Below are positions 28,940 to 38,856 of a stretch of 64,000 bases of DNA, one piece after another. This stretch comes from an uncultured Sphingobacteriales bacterium (GTDB taxonomy: Bacteria > Bacteroidota > Bacteroidia > CAILMK01 > CAYYUA01), in assembly GCA_964595485.1 (NCBI GenBank), contig CAZQQN010000007.1, forward strand, positions 23,182-87,181, written 5' to 3'. Position 1 is the first letter of the stretch; every line of letters starts with the position of its first letter. A program made the position numbers and the translations under genes. Below the pieces are notes generated by a model. The model was given only the letters and a program-made list of their open reading frames with translations. It was not told where the DNA came from and ran no database searches.

Positions 28940-30943
28940 CTACTTTTCCAAAATGGTAAAATTGACCCTGCGATTTTTCTGCCTGCCTTCTTCGGTTTTA
29001 TTGGTTGCTAGAGGCTTGGATTCTCCGAAGCCTTCGCTCTGTATTCTTTTTTCATGAATACCTTTTTCCTTAACCAAGTATTGCTTAACTGACGATGCGC
29101 GGTTCTTTGATAGTTTTTGGTTGTATTGTTGTGTACCGATACTGTCCGTATGTCCTGCGACTTTTATTCTCATTTTTGAATTATCCTTCATAAGGTTAGC
29201 TACACGGTCTAATTCTGGATAGGAAGTTGGTTTAAGGGTTGCTTTATTAAATTCAAAGAAAATATTGTCCAATCGGATGGTTTGACCAACTTCAAGCGGT
29301 ATCATCCGTATGTTTTGTTTCACTTTTTGGAATGTATCAATATCCCCGGTTTTAATCGTTTCCGCTTTAGCAATATAATCCTCAGACTGAGCAAACAATC
29401 CTGCTTTTTGTCCTTTTGGTACAATGGATTTAAAAGACCCTTTTTCTGGTGCTGTATAATTTTCAGTTAAACGCTTATTCAAGTTGAGATCCTCGTTGAC
29501 CACCTTTGCTTCAACGGGTTCTCCGGTCTTATCATTAATTACTTGCCCCTCTACAAGCATAATAGGTTCGGGCTTTAACTTAACAGGCATTTGCGCCTTA
29601 AAAATATCTGCCATGTTTTGGTTTTTTCTGTAAGAAACGTAGTAACTGTATGCTCCGGAGGCGGGCATTGTAAAATAAGCATCCCACTCTTTGCTGTTGA
29701 TTTGCTTCCCAAGATTGATAGGTTCAGTCCATTTGGTCCATGAATTGCCTTTCCGCTTACTCATAAAAATATCGTGGTTACCAAAAGTAGGCAACCCCTT
29801 CGTTGAAAAGTACAATGTCTTATTATCCGAAGCCAGGTAGGGCGTAATCTCATCAGCAGCGGTGTTAATCCTCTGTCCCATATGTTTTGGCGAACCCCAT
29901 TTATTTTCCCCGGTTTTATGGCTAACGTATAAATCTAACCCACCTTCTCCTTCATAACGCTGAAGGGCCATTATCAGTGTCTTTCCATTGTTAGCCATAA
30001 AAAAGGAAGATGATTCGTTTCTATTGTAGTAGTCTTTGATAGACAAGGGCGTTGGCTTGCCCCAACCAAAAGTTCTTCTTTCTGAAATTGCCACACTTTT
30101 TTTCTTAGCTGGTTTATCTGAATAAGCATCTCTGACTAAAATGCGATTATCTCCCGGTAAAACCCCGGTTATAACATTGGACTTACGATTATTTAATGGC
30201 TCATTGAGCTGTTTTGGATCTGACCATGACCCGTCTTGTAGGCGATTCAAGTACCAAATGGCATCGCCTGCATCTTTTCCACCTTTATTATCAGGATGAT
30301 TACCCCTTACAAAATAAAGTCGGTCACCTTCTGGGGTGATGAGAGGGTGAAGTTCATTGTATCGGCTATTAACTGATGCACTTAAGGGCTTAGCTTCGGC
30401 CAAGCCAAGTTCATTCTCAGGTGTATTAACTTTGGGAACATATTCCCCCTCGTTAGGCTTAAGCCCGATGGCATCAATTTGAGGCCATCCATTTCTGTAG
30501 GACCCGCTAATTTGTAGTTCCACGCTTTTAACAGCTTTAATATTGCGAGGGATTGTTATATTAAAAATACGCTTTTCAGAGGTAACAGTATCTTCTTTAT
30601 TGGTGTATACTTGCTTTTTCTTTCCTTCATCATCTATTAAAAAGGCCCTGAAAATACAGCCAGGAAAATGGTTCTCAACCACTATAAGTTGCTTTGCCTT
30701 CATTTCGTTTTGGTAACCTACCTTTAGTACTGCCATGTCATTTCGGGTTTTAGGACCCCATGCCGCTGGGTTACTTCCCCCTTGAGGCATAGCGTCAGGA
30801 GGTCCTAATAATTGTTGGCAGCTATGTTGCTTACCGCTTTTATGCGAGGTGCATTTCAAAACAGTATCTGCCCAAGCTACTTGCCCAGAGGCAGCAACTT
30901 CAGTACAAAAACCAAACAATAAAACAATTAGGATGGCACGCAT
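28940..30943 (-). CDS. OmpA-family protein with PD40/WD40-like repeats
   Basis: VNS.YNE.HP.ITPEG..LYF, GGLDLYVS and INT...E.TP.L.SD.KTLYFS repeats; C-terminal OmpA domain (GHTD, NRRV). Confidence 0.88.
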   Translation of the reverse strand: MRAILIVLLFGFCTEVAASGQVAWADTVLKCTSHKSGKQHSCQQLLGPPDAMPQGGSNPAAWGPKTRNDMAVLKVGYQNEMKAKQLIVVENHFPGCIFRAFLIDDEGKKKQVYTNKEDTVTSEKRIFNITIPRNIKAVKSVELQISGSYRNGWPQIDAIGLKPNEGEYVPKVNTPENELGLAEAKPLSASVNSRYNELHPLITPEGDRLYFVRGNHPDNKGGKDAGDAIWYLNRLQDGSWSDPKQLNEPLNNRKSNVITGVLPGDNRILVRDAYSDKPAKKKSVAISERRTFGWGKPTPLSIKDYYNRNESSSFFMANNGKTLIMALQRYEGEGGLDLYVSHKTGENKWGSPKHMGQRINTAADEITPYLASDNKTLYFSTKGLPTFGNHDIFMSKRKGNSWTKWTEPINLGKQINSKEWDAYFTMPASGAYSYYVSYRKNQNMADIFKAQMPVKLKPEPIMLVEGQVINDKTGEPVEAKVVNEDLNLNKRLTENYTAPEKGSFKSIVPKGQKAGLFAQSEDYIAKAETIKTGDIDTFQKVKQNIRMIPLEVGQTIRLDNIFFEFNKATLKPTSYPELDRVANLMKDNSKMRIKVAGHTDSIGTQQYNQKLSKNRASSVKQYLVKEKGIHEKRIQSEGFGESKPLATNKTEEGRQKNRRVNFTILEK

Positions 30944-31035
30944 ATTACCACAAAACTAATGAAAATAGCAATCGTGAATAAGTGGATTAAAGGATTATAG
31001 TTTTGTAGATAGGTAAATCAGCTTTATTTGCTTCG

Positions 31036-31644
31036 TTAGGAACCAATTTCATGGTCACCGTGATACTCAGCAATACCATGTTGCCAGAGGGTGACAAGAA
31101 CTTTGATGCCTTTAATAGTGCCGTATGTTAAGCCTAAACCTGCGGCAATAGTGAAATAGCCTGCTACCATCGATCCATTGAAATCTTTGAGAAAGAGGAA
31201 TCTAACCCCAACACCTAGTAACAAGAAACCTGCAATAAAAAGGGAAACCAAAATACCCAAGCTGATTACCTGCTTTAAGTGAAATTGGACATACTCACCT
31301 TTAGAAAAAGAATTCAGCTCTCTACTTTGATCATGGTAGGCCTCCTTCGGTCTTTGGCGGTAAGGATTGGATTGCTTGCGCCTTTGAAATTGGCTTTCTT
31401 TTAAAGGCTGTTCGCGGCGGGAAAGTAAATAATCATAAATACTTCGTTTATAGGGATCAGAAAGGATTTCATAAGCCGATTTGATATTATTAAAGATATT
31501 TTCTGCTTTAGGATCATCGTTTACATCAGGGTGGTATTTTTTAGCGAGTTCGCGGTAAGCCTTTTTAACCTCGCTTTTATCCGCTTTTCGGTCAATCCCT
31601 AACAGATCGTAAAAATTAACATTTACGTGTAACGCTTTTTCCAT
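31036..31644 (-). CDS. DnaJ-domain membrane protein
   Basis: FYDLLGI...[14 protein letters not shown]...AYEILSD; two C-terminal TM helices. Confidence 0.85.
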   Translation of the reverse strand: MEKALHVNVNFYDLLGIDRKADKSEVKKAYRELAKKYHPDVNDDPKAENIFNNIKSAYEILSDPYKRSIYDYLLSRREQPLKESQFQRRKQSNPYRQRPKEAYHDQSRELNSFSKGEYVQFHLKQVISLGILVSLFIAGFLLLGVGVRFLFLKDFNGSMVAGYFTIAAGLGLTYGTIKGIKVLVTLWQHGIAEYHGDHEIGS

Positions 31645-31656
31645 TTTGCGCCTTGT

Positions 31657-32229
31657 TTACTCGTACGAAAGGTCAGCTTGTTTGTATATCCGGTACCCGA
31701 ATAGCCCCTTTGAAAAGGTGAATTTTACGGTTTTAGCTTTTTGAAACTGACCCTTTTCCCATTGGCTAAAATTTAAAAAGTATTTGAACTTATTGATATT
31801 AGGATCTGCAAATTGAACCTCTTTTGCATGGACTTGCCCGCCTAATTTAGGGTTACCATTAAAAGATTCAATGGGTATTTTCTTTTCATATGAGGGACCT
31901 TGAAAAGCAAAATTCAGTGCTAAAAAAAGGCCTGCTAACAAGGCAGCAACACCAAAGAAATTGTAAAAAGCCATGACCTTAAGCATTTTAGGTTTTCTGG
32001 GTTTAGTTAAAAAATAATGAATAAGAGTGGCAATCGCACCAAAAAACAGAAAATAATGAAATATAGCATCAATGGTTATGAGGGTTTTGAAGAGGAAGAA
32101 CACCACTAGTGCAAAACCTGAAAACCAGCTAAAAGCCACCCAGTTAGCAGGGTAACGAAAAAATTTCATTTCTTCTGACTCTTTAGAACGGCTGTAGGTA
32201 AAGGTTTTGTTAAAAAATTGCCTTCTCAT
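31657..32229 (-). CDS. Hypothetical membrane protein
   Basis: Three hydrophobic segments and a C-terminal KGLFGY motif. Confidence 0.6.
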   Translation of the reverse strand: MRRQFFNKTFTYSRSKESEEMKFFRYPANWVAFSWFSGFALVVFFLFKTLITIDAIFHYFLFFGAIATLIHYFLTKPRKPKMLKVMAFYNFFGVAALLAGLFLALNFAFQGPSYEKKIPIESFNGNPKLGGQVHAKEVQFADPNINKFKYFLNFSQWEKGQFQKAKTVKFTFSKGLFGYRIYKQADLSYE

Positions 32230-32373
32230 GACTTGAATATTTAGCCTATCAATACAATAAAAAAAATCGAAATTAGAAGGTTCGGTACATTACCAGCAAA
32301 ATTAGCAATATCAACAATGGCTTTTTGCTTACCTTACAATCCTTACCATTATTTTTGCCTAAAGCTATGGACT

Positions 32374-33039
32374 ATGCATACACAACACATACCTGTCAAG
32401 CGGAATGCCCGGTATTGTACGCTTGGGAATTTAGACGATAGTACGGCTCATGTTTGGTTTGTTTGCCATGGGTATGGTCAACTGGCGCCTTACTTTATCC
32501 AAAATTTTAAATGTATTGACGATGGTCGGCATTATATAGTTGCCCCTGAAGGCTTATCCCGGTTTTATTTGAAAGGTTTTGAAGGTAGGGTTGGTGCCAC
32601 ATGGATGACCAAAGAAGAAAGAGAACTGGATATTCAGGATTATGTGGGCTACCTGGATGACCTGTATGATTATATTTTTAATCGTATCTCGAGATCGAAA
32701 GTAAACGTTCATTTATTGGGTTTTTCGCAGGGAGCTGCGACCGTTTCACGTTGGATAGCACTGGGTAACGTTACGCTTGAGTCATGGATACTTTGGGCTG
32801 GGCTATTTCCTTATGACCTGACCTTTGAGGTGAACCGGGAAAAATTGTTGAATGCCCGGACTTTTTTGCTTTATGGCAATCATGATCCATTTCGCGATGA
32901 GGATAAAATAAAAGAGCGGAAGGATTTGGTTGATAAGGAAGGTCTTCAATATGAAACCATTCATTTTGATGGAGCCCATGAGATCCCTGAAAAAACATTA
33001 TTAAGCTTAATGAAAGGTAATAAGGATCTGTTTGGCTGA
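32374..33039 (+). CDS. Alpha/beta hydrolase (phospholipase/carboxylesterase family)
   Basis: HGYGQ, GFSQG nucleophile and FDGAH; likely start ATG 32374 after the TATTTTTG -7 element at 32350. Confidence 0.85.
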   Translation: MHTQHIPVKRNARYCTLGNLDDSTAHVWFVCHGYGQLAPYFIQNFKCIDDGRHYIVAPEGLSRFYLKGFEGRVGATWMTKEERELDIQDYVGYLDDLYDYIFNRISRSKVNVHLLGFSQGAATVSRWIALGNVTLESWILWAGLFPYDLTFEVNREKLLNARTFLLYGNHDPFRDEDKIKERKDLVDKEGLQYETIHFDGAHEIPEKTLLSLMKGNKDLFG

Positions 33040-33184
33040 ACTGTGTGGGCTTTCCCTGTAAAGCGTTCAATATTTGAAATAAAGGCCTTAAGTTTGTTTT
33101 GAGAATTTCAAATTTTATATCGATTGACTATTATGCCAAAGTCATTAGGAATTTGTAAATTGCTTTTTGACTATTCTAATTTTA

Positions 33185-33213
33185 GATGCAACTTATTTCA
33201 AGGAAGTTGCATC
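33185..33213 (+). promoter_or_regulatory. Candidate ECF autoregulatory promoter/operator
   Basis: GATGCAACTT-N9-AAGTTGCATC (TGCAAC-N17-CATC), 29 nt before the sigma gene ATG. Confidence 0.6.
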
Positions 33214-33242
33214 AAGATAAATGATGAGGCTTAGCGCTTTTT

Positions 33243-33797
33243 ATGGTCGACCTGAAAAACCTGGTTCTATATTGCCAGAAAGGTGAGCGGGATTATCAAA
33301 AGATTTTGTATGACCGGTTTTCTCCTAAAATGTTAGGAATATGTATGCGCTATGCTCGTGATCGTTCTGAGGCTGAAGATTTTTTGCAGGAGGGTTTTAT
33401 CAAGGTTTTCAAAAACATTAAAAACCTTAGGAATGCACAACAGTTAGAAAGCTGGATAGAACGGATTATTGTAAACACAGCCCTTGAGCACATTCGAAAA
33501 AAGAAATCTTCCAAAGGGCAGGAGGTCGATCTTGACGATAATGTCGATTCAGAGGTGGACGAGCAGGTTACTGACGAACTTAGCCGGGATGAGTTATTAA
33601 AATTGATCCAAGAATTACCTGAAGGGTTCAGAGCTGTATTCAATATGTATGCGATCGAAGGTTTTTCGCATAAAGAAATAGCGCAAAAGTTAGGTATTCA
33701 GGAAGGCACCTCTAAGTCGCAGTTTGCCAGGGCCAGAACCCTTTTGCAACAGAAAGTTGTGGAAATGAATAAGCATAAATTAAAAGATTTATCATGA
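33243..33797 (+). CDS. ECF-type RNA polymerase sigma-70 factor
   Basis: AEDFLQEGFIKVF, WIERIIVN and LP.GFRAVFNMYAIEGFSHKEIA..LGI.EGTSKSQ motifs. Confidence 0.93.
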   Translation: MVDLKNLVLYCQKGERDYQKILYDRFSPKMLGICMRYARDRSEAEDFLQEGFIKVFKNIKNLRNAQQLESWIERIIVNTALEHIRKKKSSKGQEVDLDDNVDSEVDEQVTDELSRDELLKLIQELPEGFRAVFNMYAIEGFSHKEIAQKLGIQEGTSKSQFARARTLLQQKVVEMNKHKLKDLS

Positions 33798-35236
33798 ATT
33801 GGGATGAAGAGAATTTAAAACAAAAATTTGAAGGATATGAAGTCACCCCCTCCTCACGGGTTTGGGAAAATATTGATAAAGAGTTAAGCAACAAAACCTG
33901 GACAAAATGGCCTATATGGGCACTTTCTTCTTTACTCCTACTATCAAGCCTTGGTGGAGGTTATTTTTATTGGCAAGATTACGCCAGGCATAGCCAGCAT
34001 CAATTAGCCAATAACGATCAAACTGTTCAAGAAAGGTCGACCTCTGAACGGACAAGTTCGACCAGCGATGAAGATAATCCTGAAAAACAGAATATCATTT
34101 CTAATACAGAAAAAAGTAACTGGAATACTCAGCAAAGTAAAGAACCGAAAGATCAAGGATATACTTCAGAAGGGAATAATTCAGGAGGTAAAAATAAGAA
34201 AGCTGATGCCAATCAGTCACAGGGAGCTGGCAACGTTCCCAAAGATGCTAAGGGAAATAAAGTTAACGCTGGAAATCAAAATACTGAAAATCAAAAAGAT
34301 AATGGTAAGAGTAGTGGGCCAGTTGTGAATGAAGAAATGAAAACCAAGCAAAATCCCCAAGCTCAAGAAACAGAGACAGGAAAAAGTGGTGAGGATAAGG
34401 GAAGAAATGCATTTGCTAATAGTACGAATAATAACTTTCTAAGTTCACTTCCGCTATTAACGGAAGCTAAAGTTCAGGAAGTCTATGTAAATCCTTCAAA
34501 AGCCCGTCAATTTGAAACCCCCAATTCAATTGATTCCCAACTGCGTGAAGAAGGGATAATCGGATCAAATAGTAAATGGGCTTTAGGGGTTGAAGCTGGC
34601 CCTTTTCAACAAAACCATCAATACAGTCTTAAAGAGAGCACCCAAGAAGACCGACTTTCGACCATCAAAAAGTCTGAGTCAGTGGCGTGGGGCTATGGAA
34701 TTAATATAAACGGATATTGGACGTTTGCGGATAACTGGCAATTACAATTTGGACTGGGATATGAAAGGCTAAATCAGCAATTTTCACATTCCTACGAGCG
34801 AAGTTATGAGAGTAATATTCCTAATTCCGATGGTGTTGAATTTATAACGGAGAATATCAAATTTGAAAACACAAATCAGTTTGATTTTCTCAGGATGCCT
34901 ATGGCCATTCGTTACCAATTATTGGATTCCCGGCTTTCCTGTTTCATTAGTCCTGGTGTAGAAGTTAATGCATTGACCAACGCAAAGGCCATGGTATTAG
35001 GTGTTACAGAAAAGGAGGTCTTTAATTTGGTAAATGATGATATCAGGCCAATGAAAACCTATACCCTGGATTACACTTTAAATATTTCAGCGCAATATGC
35101 TTTGGATGATCACTTTAGTATTATGGTAAGGCCTTTTGGGCAAATAGGAAGCGGTTCCATATACTCGGATGACTTTGCCGTAGAAAAGCAGGCTTATCAA
35201 TTTGGTGTTAATGCAGGCCTAATATACGGTTTTTAA
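33794..35236 (+). CDS. Putative anti-sigma factor with C-terminal outer-membrane beta-barrel domain
   Basis: ATGA overlap with the sigma gene; N-terminal PS.RVWENI, one TM helix, ~170-aa low-complexity linker, amphipathic beta strands ending GLIYGF. Confidence 0.7.
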   Translation: MNWDEENLKQKFEGYEVTPSSRVWENIDKELSNKTWTKWPIWALSSLLLLSSLGGGYFYWQDYARHSQHQLANNDQTVQERSTSERTSSTSDEDNPEKQNIISNTEKSNWNTQQSKEPKDQGYTSEGNNSGGKNKKADANQSQGAGNVPKDAKGNKVNAGNQNTENQKDNGKSSGPVVNEEMKTKQNPQAQETETGKSGEDKGRNAFANSTNNNFLSSLPLLTEAKVQEVYVNPSKARQFETPNSIDSQLREEGIIGSNSKWALGVEAGPFQQNHQYSLKESTQEDRLSTIKKSESVAWGYGININGYWTFADNWQLQFGLGYERLNQQFSHSYERSYESNIPNSDGVEFITENIKFENTNQFDFLRMPMAIRYQLLDSRLSCFISPGVEVNALTNAKAMVLGVTEKEVFNLVNDDIRPMKTYTLDYTLNISAQYALDDHFSIMVRPFGQIGSGSIYSDDFAVEKQAYQFGVNAGLIYGF

Positions 35237-35241
35237 AAGCC

Positions 35242-35269
35242 ATGCAACCTTTTAAAAATTAAATGCATC
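35242..35269 (+). promoter_or_regulatory. Second copy of the ECF-like promoter motif
   Basis: ATGCAAC-N15-TGCATC, same spacing as 33186-33213. Confidence 0.55.
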
Positions 35270-35275
35270 TGTGGT

Positions 35276-35465
35276 TATAGAAAATTGGTGCTAAGCCAAA
35301 GGCTAAAAAGTGTTCATTTTTTATAAAAAAAAATCTCCCGGTTTAGAAGAAAATTTCAACCGGGAGATTTAGAATAATCATTTTTGAATAAATGATTGAA
35401 GTTTCCCTTTAACTACCTGTTTTGAAGGCACAAGGTTTAGTTTCATAGACCTTGTGCCTTTTTTT
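35276..35465 (+). ncRNA. Candidate ECF-dependent small RNA (~190 nt)
   Basis: No ORF of 60 aa or more; lies between the promoter motif and a strong terminator; 13-bp hairpin at 35331-35370 and 8-bp hairpin at 35376-35397; 5' end is an estimate. Confidence 0.45.
35425..35465 (+). terminator. Rho-independent terminator
   Basis: AAGGCACAAGGTTTA-GTTTCA-TAGACCTTGTGCCTT followed by TTTTT. Confidence 0.85.
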
Positions 35466-35584
35466 GTGCCACCCAAATGTAATTTTTTGTAACTACGATG
35501 TCAATTTTTTCAGAAAATTGTCATAAGGCACTCTTCATTCGGTTAATCAAATTCTTTTAAATTAGCCGCATAAAAAAAAATGGT

Positions 35585-38500
35585 TTGGCTGCATTAAAAG
35601 TTTTTAAGTCTTCAGCTGGCTCGGGTAAAACATTCAAGCTTGTTCAATCTTACCTCCAATTAGTCCTTGAGCAACCAACTTCATACAAGCAAATTCTGGC
35701 TATCACCTTTACAAATAAAGCTAGTTGGGAGATGAAAGAGCGTATCCTTATAATGCTTAAATCCCTTGCGAAAGGTGAACAATCAACTATGCGGAGCATC
35801 TTGGAAAATTATTTCCGATCTCAAGGTTGGGAGGTTAACATCACAGATCAGGCTAAGAAAGTTTTAACTTATATCCTCCACGATTATTCCAGGTTTTCGG
35901 TATCTACAATTGATAGTTTTTTTAACCAAGTAGTGAGAGCATTTTCGAGAGAGCTTGGGTTATCTGTAAATTTTGAGGTTGAAATAGATCAGCAAAGTGT
36001 TTTAAAAGAAATCACAGATAACCTGATGCTGGAAATTGGAAAAGATGATCAGCTTACCAAGTGGCTAAAGGAATTTGCCTTTGATAAAATGGAGGATGAC
36101 AGGGATTGGAATATCCAAAGGGATATAGAGAACCTTGGTAGTGAGTTATTTAATGAGCAGTTTCAACAAATTAGAGATAAAATTTACCGTGACCGGGAAG
36201 ATGTGCGCTCCTATTTAAGCGACTTCATTCAGCACATTAATCAAATCGCTTTTCAATACAGAAATACCTTAAAATCCTATGCTAAAGAAGTTTTAGCATT
36301 TACGGAATCATACGGGTTAGAGCCATCAGATTTTGCTAATAAGCATAAGTCCTTGATAGTTAATTTCGATAACTTATTAAGCCAGGATGACTTAGAACAA
36401 GCGAATAAATTCTTAAATAAATTTAAAAAATTAACGGATTCATCCAAGCTTGCGTCAAAGCAGTCAGAGAAAAGGCAATTAATTAACCAATGTGCCAGGG
36501 ATGGCTTATTTGAACTTCTTGGAGATATTGCTGATTTCATTGAAAAAGAGCACCCGAGGTATCTTTCTGTTAAAGCTATTAAATCTCATGTTTATTCTTT
36601 TGGAATACTGGCTGATCTGGAAAAGCATTTAAAAGCTTATCGTCAGGAAAATGAACTGCTTTTAATCCCTGACTTGAATAATTTACTCAAGCATATCACT
36701 GCTAAAACAGATTCCCCGTTTATTTATGAGAAAGTTGGCCACAGATTCTCTCATTTTTTACTCGATGAATTTCAGGATACTTCAAATTTTCAGTGGGATA
36801 ATCTACGTCCTTTACTTATCAATGCCTTATCAGATCAGAAAGAAAATTTAATCGTTGGAGATGTAAAACAATCCATTTATCGCTGGCGCGGAGGCAATCC
36901 TGATATGTTAGTCAACCGGATTTATGATGACCTTGCCTCATTCAGGGAATTATTAGAAGAAAATAATTTAACAGTTAATTACAGGAGTTTTGGGCATGTG
37001 GTTAATTTTAACAATGCCTTTTTCCGAGAAGTGCCCGAAGTCATTAAGGAAGATGAAGTGTTGAAAAATCCCGAATTTTTGGAAAAAGCCTACCAGGGAG
37101 TAGAACAGGAATTCCTTTCGAATAATGCTGATCAGGGCTATGTCCACGTTCATTTTGTAGGTAAAAGGGAAGAAAAAGATTTTACAGCAGTTGTAAAGAA
37201 ATACCTCATTGAATCTTTGAATGGTTTTTTTGAAAGGGGGTATGATTACAGAGATGTGGCAATTTTAGTAAGAACTAAAGCCCAGGCAAAACTCATAGCC
37301 CAGTATTTATCATCAGAAGAAAACCAGCTACCGGTTATTTCATCCGATAGTTTAATGGTAAGCTATTCCACCAAAGTCCAATTACTTGTACATTTATTTT
37401 ACTATTTAAATGATCCCGCAAGTCAACTTGTCAAAACCTATTTATTAAATGACTATCAGCGTTATATACAAAAGGCCAGTGTTGTTAACAATCAATTATT
37501 TAAAGGTTGGCAGGAGGAAGGATATCTAACCAGTATTTTGCCACGGGACTTGTTCACAGAATGGGATCATCTAAAAAAACTACCCCTTTATGAATTGGGG
37601 GAAAGCTTAATCCGGATTTTTGGTCTAAATGATAATAATGATGCTTATTTACAGCGCTTTTTGGATCTGCTCCTTGATTTTACAGGCCGTTCGCATTCAG
37701 ATCTGAATCATTTTTTAGAATGGTGGGAGGACCAAGGTAAGAAAGAGTCAGTGCAGGTACCTTCGGGGGAGAATGCTATTAGGCTTGAAACCATCCATAA
37801 AGCTAAAGGGCTTGAGTTTCCCGTGGTATTATTACCTTTTACTGATTGGTCACTTGGTGGACGCAGTGGTAATTTGATATGGGTTGAACCCGCAGAAGAG
37901 CCATTTAATCAATTCCCTTACCTACCGGTCACCTATAATTCGGATCTGAATAAAACGATCTTCAACGATACTTACCAGGAGGAACTAATGCTTTCCTACC
38001 TTGATAATATCAACCTTTTATATGTGAGCTTCACCCGTGCGATAGAAGAATTGTATGTTTTTGCCCCAGACCCAAGGGACAATAATGGCAATGTGAAGAA
38101 GAATAAAGTGAATGGCCTTATGTATGAAGTTTTAATGCGGGATAATGGTGGATTTTTGAGGACTTTTCAGGATAAACCTGATATTAAGTTTCAGGTCGGC
38201 TCTCAAAACAACGTTAAAGAGAGCAAAGCAGTTAGTTTACAGGTTGATACAATGTGGAATCTACCATCCAATCCATGGCGTAGCAAATTAAACTTTCGCT
38301 CCAAAAGCAATAATTTGCTAAATCTTTCTGAGGAGGAAGTGCCTGATAATTTGAATAGAGGATTGCTAATACACAGTGTTTTAGCGGAAATTAATGGAAT
38401 AGATGATTTGGATGATTCAATTAACCAATATTACCATGAGGGCCTTGTTGGTTATAATGAATTAGCAACGCTTAAATATGACTTAAAGGAAATTTTAAAC

Positions 38501-38773
38501 CTTCCGGAGGTTAAAGAATGGTTTGACGGTACTTGGCATACGTTTAATGAACGGGAAATTTTACTACCAGATGGTACCGTTTACAGGCCTGACCGCGTTA
38601 TAACTTTTGGTAAAAAAGCAAAGGTGATAGATTATAAAACAGGTAAACCGGATAATAAGGATGAAAATCAAATCAAGCGCTACGGGAAATCTCTACTGGA
38701 TATGGGTTACGAGACTATAGAACAGTTTTTACTCTATATTGATAGTAAAAGTGTTTACCAGGTTGAAACGTAG
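35585..38773 (+). CDS. addA: UvrD-family helicase/nuclease AddA
   Basis: SAGSGKT, ILAITFTNKA..EMKERI, LDEFQDTS, VGDVKQSIYRWRG, TIHKAKGLEF and LYVSFTRA; C-terminal nuclease motif RPDRV...IDYKTG; TTG start. Confidence 0.9.
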   Translation: MAALKVFKSSAGSGKTFKLVQSYLQLVLEQPTSYKQILAITFTNKASWEMKERILIMLKSLAKGEQSTMRSILENYFRSQGWEVNITDQAKKVLTYILHDYSRFSVSTIDSFFNQVVRAFSRELGLSVNFEVEIDQQSVLKEITDNLMLEIGKDDQLTKWLKEFAFDKMEDDRDWNIQRDIENLGSELFNEQFQQIRDKIYRDREDVRSYLSDFIQHINQIAFQYRNTLKSYAKEVLAFTESYGLEPSDFANKHKSLIVNFDNLLSQDDLEQANKFLNKFKKLTDSSKLASKQSEKRQLINQCARDGLFELLGDIADFIEKEHPRYLSVKAIKSHVYSFGILADLEKHLKAYRQENELLLIPDLNNLLKHITAKTDSPFIYEKVGHRFSHFLLDEFQDTSNFQWDNLRPLLINALSDQKENLIVGDVKQSIYRWRGGNPDMLVNRIYDDLASFRELLEENNLTVNYRSFGHVVNFNNAFFREVPEVIKEDEVLKNPEFLEKAYQGVEQEFLSNNADQGYVHVHFVGKREEKDFTAVVKKYLIESLNGFFERGYDYRDVAILVRTKAQAKLIAQYLSSEENQLPVISSDSLMVSYSTKVQLLVHLFYYLNDPASQLVKTYLLNDYQRYIQKASVVNNQLFKGWQEEGYLTSILPRDLFTEWDHLKKLPLYELGESLIRIFGLNDNNDAYLQRFLDLLLDFTGRSHSDLNHFLEWWEDQGKKESVQVPSGENAIRLETIHKAKGLEFPVVLLPFTDWSLGGRSGNLIWVEPAEEPFNQFPYLPVTYNSDLNKTIFNDTYQEELMLSYLDNINLLYVSFTRAIEELYVFAPDPRDNNGNVKKNKVNGLMYEVLMRDNGGFLRTFQDKPDIKFQVGSQNNVKESKAVSLQVDTMWNLPSNPWRSKLNFRSKSNNLLNLSEEEVPDNLNRGLLIHSVLAEINGIDDLDDSINQYYHEGLVGYNELATLKYDLKEILNLPEVKEWFDGTWHTFNEREILLPDGTVYRPDRVITFGKKAKVIDYKTGKPDNKDENQIKRYGKSLLDMGYETIEQFLLYIDSKSVYQVET

Positions 38774-38793
38774 TAAGATACATTGAGGTGAGT

Positions 38794-38830
38794 AAAAAAA
38801 GGGCTGTTTTGAGCAAACAACCCTTTTTTT
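38794..38830. terminator. Bidirectional terminator between convergent genes
   Basis: AAAAAAAGGGCTGTTT-TGAGC-AAACAACCCTTTTTTT. Confidence 0.75.
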
Positions 38831-38856
38831 AATACACATTAAGAAAAATAGGAAAA

